Below are positions 28,856-32,000 of a stretch of DNA of 32,000 bases, in pieces. A model generated the notes under the pieces. It saw nothing but the letters and a program-made list of their open reading frames with translations. It ran no database searches and was not told where the DNA came from. Position 1 is the stretch's first letter; each line of letters begins with the position of its first letter. Position numbers and translations under genes: made by a program. Source of the stretch: Candidatus Heimdallarchaeota archaeon (GTDB lineage Archaea > Asgardarchaeota > Heimdallarchaeia > JABLTI01); assembly GCA_030614005.1 (NCBI GenBank), contig JAUWKS010000004.1, positions 1-32,000 of the forward strand, in the 5' to 3' direction.

Positions 28856-30145
28856 TTGTCCGGCGAGAATGAAAGAATGCTACGCGAAGAATTACGAGAA
28901 GCTGTTAACGAGAAAGATTATACGAGTGCAGTAGCGAAGGCTGAACAAGTGGCCATGCACTATGAGGGAACAGGCGATCAAGAAAAAGCTAAAGAAGCAT
29001 GGATGGATGCTGCAAAGCTCTTTCTAGAATGGTCTCAAACATTGCGTGATGGTAAAACACATAAAAATTCAGCAAAAGCTTTAGTGCATGCAGCAGATAT
29101 TTTTACTAAATTAGGCATTGAAAATGAAGCCGCTCAGGCTATTTCTCTTGCTGCACAAGATTTGGTTATTGCAGGCGATGAATATATTGTTTGGAAGCAA
29201 CCCGTTGGTGCTGGAGTGTGTTATGCTACTTCATCGATATTATTCATACTAGTATCTCAAGATGAACAAGCACAACAGGTTATTGATCAAGTTCGAACAC
29301 GTATTGATGCTTTGAGGCATGATTCAACAGCAAATGCAATAGTGGACTTACCAATTCAATTAATGATAGCAAAAAATCAGCAAGACATTAGACTAATGAA
29401 CAATGTAAAAACGTTGATTTATACCAGTCTCATTCCTGCATTAACTAATAGTGGATTGTCAGAATTTACAGCCTATGTTGAACGAACTGTTCTTGGCGTA
29501 GAAAGTTTCATCAATGCATCACAAAAATATCCAGTATTAAATTATGAATTAAAATTGGAAGGAGAAGTAACCATCGACAATGGTTTTGATATTGAAGTTT
29601 TAATCACTAATACTGGTGAAGATACTGCTTATAATGTTGAATTGGAAATGGTTCCAAAGAAAGAAGTAACAATTGTAAGAGAATTTAGCAAATTGAAAGT
29701 CAAAGAAATTCCACCAAATTCGGCGACAGCTTTAACATGGCGTTGTATTGTTAAATCTCAAGATGTTTTAGAAGAAACTCAAAAATTGAATCTTTCTGCT
29801 CGATTAGCCTTTTCAGATTCTAAAGATATGCGCCAAACAATTTCTATAAGTCCAATAGCATTTACTACAGTAAGCCCTAAAGAAACAGATCAATTACGTG
29901 TTGAACTTAAAGCAATAAAGGAGAACATACAAAAAACCAAGGAAAAGCTGATTGCTGTACCAGAAGATTCTATCAATTTAGTAATTTTAAAAATCTTTGA
30001 AATCATTAATCAAATCTTTGAACAAATTGAAGGATTTGTGGATGTTGGTGCAATTCAAAACGCAAAATCATGGGCTAAACTTTTACAATTGCAATTGGAA
30101 TTAATGAAAGATATTCCTAATCAATTGCCAAGCAAAAATGAGTAA
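28856..30145 (+). CDS. Hypothetical cytoplasmic protein: SNAP/TPR-like helical repeats, CARDB-like Ig domain, C-terminal helical bundle
   Basis: TTG start with SD GAGGAGG. Ala-rich helical repeats (AKEAWMDAAKLF, SAKALVHAADIF, AGVCYATSSILF), then a beta-sandwich pattern (FDIEVLITNTGEDTAYNVEL...EIPPNS..LTW). No signal peptide or TM helix. Confidence 0.7.
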   Translation: MSGENERMLREELREAVNEKDYTSAVAKAEQVAMHYEGTGDQEKAKEAWMDAAKLFLEWSQTLRDGKTHKNSAKALVHAADIFTKLGIENEAAQAISLAAQDLVIAGDEYIVWKQPVGAGVCYATSSILFILVSQDEQAQQVIDQVRTRIDALRHDSTANAIVDLPIQLMIAKNQQDIRLMNNVKTLIYTSLIPALTNSGLSEFTAYVERTVLGVESFINASQKYPVLNYELKLEGEVTIDNGFDIEVLITNTGEDTAYNVELEMVPKKEVTIVREFSKLKVKEIPPNSATALTWRCIVKSQDVLEETQKLNLSARLAFSDSKDMRQTISISPIAFTTVSPKETDQLRVELKAIKENIQKTKEKLIAVPEDSINLVILKIFEIINQIFEQIEGFVDVGAIQNAKSWAKLLQLQLELMKDIPNQLPSKNE

Positions 30146-30175
30146 ATCACTCATTTTAATTTTTCTTTTTATTTT
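30135..30175 (+). terminator. Hairpin plus T-rich tract between convergent genes
   Basis: AAAATGAGT-aaatc-ACTCATTTT (30135-30157; stop codon at the stem/loop junction) followed by a T-rich run. Confidence 0.5.
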
Positions 30176-30189
30176 CACATTCTGATTAC

Positions 30190-31590
30190 TTAAACATCAA
30201 TTAATTTTGTGCTCCAAGGATACCTTTCAAGTATTGTGTTTATCACTGAATTAACTTTCTTAGCTTCATATGTATCTTCGTAATAGAGAAAGATTCCATG
30301 CCCACCACGAATTCTTTTCAGTTGTTGGTACACTGTTTTTGTTGTTCTAACACAATCAAAAATAATCAATTTTTCTGCTTCGGGTAGATCAATATCGCGT
30401 TCCCCAACTGGGGACATTATCAGAGCTGCTTGACCATCATAATTTCTAAATGCTTGTAAAACAGCATTTTTATCAAAAATTTGACCTGTAAGCAGAAATG
30501 ATTTTATCTTTGCTTTTGTTAGAAAATTTACAACTGTTTTTGCCGTAGTAATATAAGAACATATGACAACTGTTTTTTTGGTAGATTGAGCAATTTCAAC
30601 TACTTTTAGTATTTTCTGAGGAATCACGGATAAATTACTAACTTCTACATTAGGTAATTTCCAAAGGAATTTTTTCAATTGTTGTGGAACCATTGCAAAT
30701 AGATATTTTCTAATCAAAGTTAATGATTGAGCTTTCCCTCTTACTTCTTCTGAAACAGGGGCTTGTAATAAAGCCTGTGGACCTATTTTTTGAACTTGTT
30801 TCAAATATGAAGGATTTTCTCTCTCGAGTTCCAATTGAATTTCTTTATATGCTTCTCTCAATTGTCCACCTATAATACTAGATATTTCTGCTAATGAAGG
30901 ATCGAATACCGGAACGGCTTCTACACTGGTTTCTTTAGTAAAATCACCAACATCAGTTCCAGCTAGATAATCCATGTAAATCAATTCAGTATTTGGTATG
31001 TACTCCATGAGAGTATCTAACTCTTGGCGCATTTCAATTTGATCTTGATCAAGAACATAATGTGAATCACGAAGAGTTCCACTCATTCCAATAACGAGTG
31101 ATTTTTTTAATTTCTCAAAAATAGTTGTCCAAGGATATACTAGAACTCTTTTGGAACCAACTCTTCGGATTAACTTATCTACTTCATTAATGATTACTAA
31201 ATCAAAACTTTCAGCAATTGATGCAGGTGCTTTCTGTAAAATATTTGCCAATTTTTGTGGAGTACAGAGTATTACTCGAGAGTCTTTCAGCATCTTTTGA
31301 GCATATGAATTACCAATACCAGGACCTATCCAATTGAATCCTTCAACTCCTCCATACTCATTAATGAGAAAGTCCTTAGTTTCAACAAGTGACGAAGATG
31401 AAAGGACAATTAACAAAATCTTCTTTTCAGGAAACAGCGAAGTCAATAATTCGTAAGTGATGACTCTTTTTCCCATACCACAATCTAATTCTAATATCAC
31501 ACTTTTGTCCTTATCTAAATGAAATTTTATTAAATCTAAAATTAGTTTTTGGTAACCTCTGGGCACAATTTTTCGATCTACTTTGCTCAC
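30190..31590 (-). CDS. SF2 helicase-like protein (Hef/Mph1/FANCM-type two-RecA core) with degenerate ATPase motifs
   Basis: Q-motif PRGYQ, motif I LDCGMGKR, TPQK, motif II IINEVD, motif III GMSGT, F.LTGQ, motif V GERDIDLP, motif VI QQLKRIRG. GTG start with GAGG upstream. Confidence 0.78.
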   Translation of the reverse strand: MSKVDRKIVPRGYQKLILDLIKFHLDKDKSVILELDCGMGKRVITYELLTSLFPEKKILLIVLSSSSLVETKDFLINEYGGVEGFNWIGPGIGNSYAQKMLKDSRVILCTPQKLANILQKAPASIAESFDLVIINEVDKLIRRVGSKRVLVYPWTTIFEKLKKSLVIGMSGTLRDSHYVLDQDQIEMRQELDTLMEYIPNTELIYMDYLAGTDVGDFTKETSVEAVPVFDPSLAEISSIIGGQLREAYKEIQLELERENPSYLKQVQKIGPQALLQAPVSEEVRGKAQSLTLIRKYLFAMVPQQLKKFLWKLPNVEVSNLSVIPQKILKVVEIAQSTKKTVVICSYITTAKTVVNFLTKAKIKSFLLTGQIFDKNAVLQAFRNYDGQAALIMSPVGERDIDLPEAEKLIIFDCVRTTKTVYQQLKRIRGGHGIFLYYEDTYEAKKVNSVINTILERYPWSTKLIDV

Positions 31591-31907
31591 TGAATGACAT
31601 CCTCAACCTACTACGTTAAACCTTCAATATAAAGCTACAATTAAAATGAATGAAGGGGCGTGGGAAAAAGCCCCTTTTCATGGTAGCAAAGTATGTGCGA
31701 GGTGCACACAAGAAGACCACCTAATTTTTTATCTCTTGCCGAGGAGATGATATTGCCGAGGTATCAATCCAAAAGTTATGTGTTCTTCTTATGTATAGAA
31801 CTATACAGATAGTGATATTAAAGAACCAACAATGGAGTTAACCGAAAGTATTCGGTGTTCTTTACTAAGTAAAAAAATTAGATTGAAAAAGGAATTTGAA
31901 GAAAACA

Positions 31908-32000
31908 TTAATCGCTTAAGATAATGTTTTCTATATCAAAATGTCGTTTAGCTAATACTTTAGCACGCTCAATATTGCGACCTTCTTTACCAATAGCTAA
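31908..32000 (-). CDS. nusA: Archaeal NusA-like KH-domain transcription factor, 3' end only (missed by the ORF track)
   Basis: Reverse-strand translation LAIGKEGRNIERAKVLAKRHFDIENIILSD* contains the KH GxxG loop (IGKEG.NI) and the C-terminus typical of archaeal NusA; followed by a T-rich tract. Confidence 0.8.
   Translation of the reverse strand, partial: LAIGKEGRNIERAKVLAKRHFDIENIILSD

Noticed and set aside
31646-31750. 34-aa + strand ORF with CxxC (MNEGAWEKAPFHGSKVCARC...) ending in TGA; possible zinc finger or selenocysteine readthrough
   Set aside because: No SD, only one CxxC; readthrough gives just 17 more unremarkable residues and no SECIS-like element could be identified.
1-32000. 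tRNA, rRNA, CRISPR array, IS/transposase, integrase or att site
   Set aside because: No T-loop/cloverleaf, regularly spaced repeats, terminal inverted repeats or recombinase motifs were seen by eye; a tRNAscan-SE/Infernal/CRISPR scan would be needed to exclude them formally.

Overview
AT-rich, gene-dense archaeal chromosome segment. Archaeal-type NusA, an archaeal-type Asx-tRNA synthetase, RIO1 kinase, TrmB-family and PRC-barrel proteins, and GGAGG/GAGGTG Shine-Dalgarno motifs all point to an archaeon. An Asgard lineage such as Heimdallarchaeia is likely, but that is inference from gene style and cannot be proven here. Most of the window is housekeeping or metabolic: asnS-like, mobB, two ECF ATPases, alaX, glnA, rio1, a radical SAM enzyme, a methyltransferase, VOC, MFS, sdaAB/sdaAA and tldD/pmbA. 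It also holds two membrane-anchored secreted proteins and several uncharacterised proteins. The left edge is the 3' part of a GC-richer ArdC-like gene, possibly a mobile-element edge. The right edge is the 3' end of nusA, which the ORF track missed. I found no tRNA, rRNA, CRISPR array, transposase or integrase, and no clearly complete new multi-gene system is demonstrable. The most unusual signals are five: (i) an AsnRS-like scaffold with AspRS-type amino-acid-pocket residues; (ii) two intact apparent pseudoenzymes, an M20 peptidase and a Hef-like SF2 helicase; (iii) a GAF plus His-phosphoacceptor protein with no kinase domain; (iv) a same-strand cluster of surface glycoprotein, TrmB with a long helical insert, PRC-barrel and SNAP-like/Ig protein; (v) recurrent hairpins at gene 3' ends.
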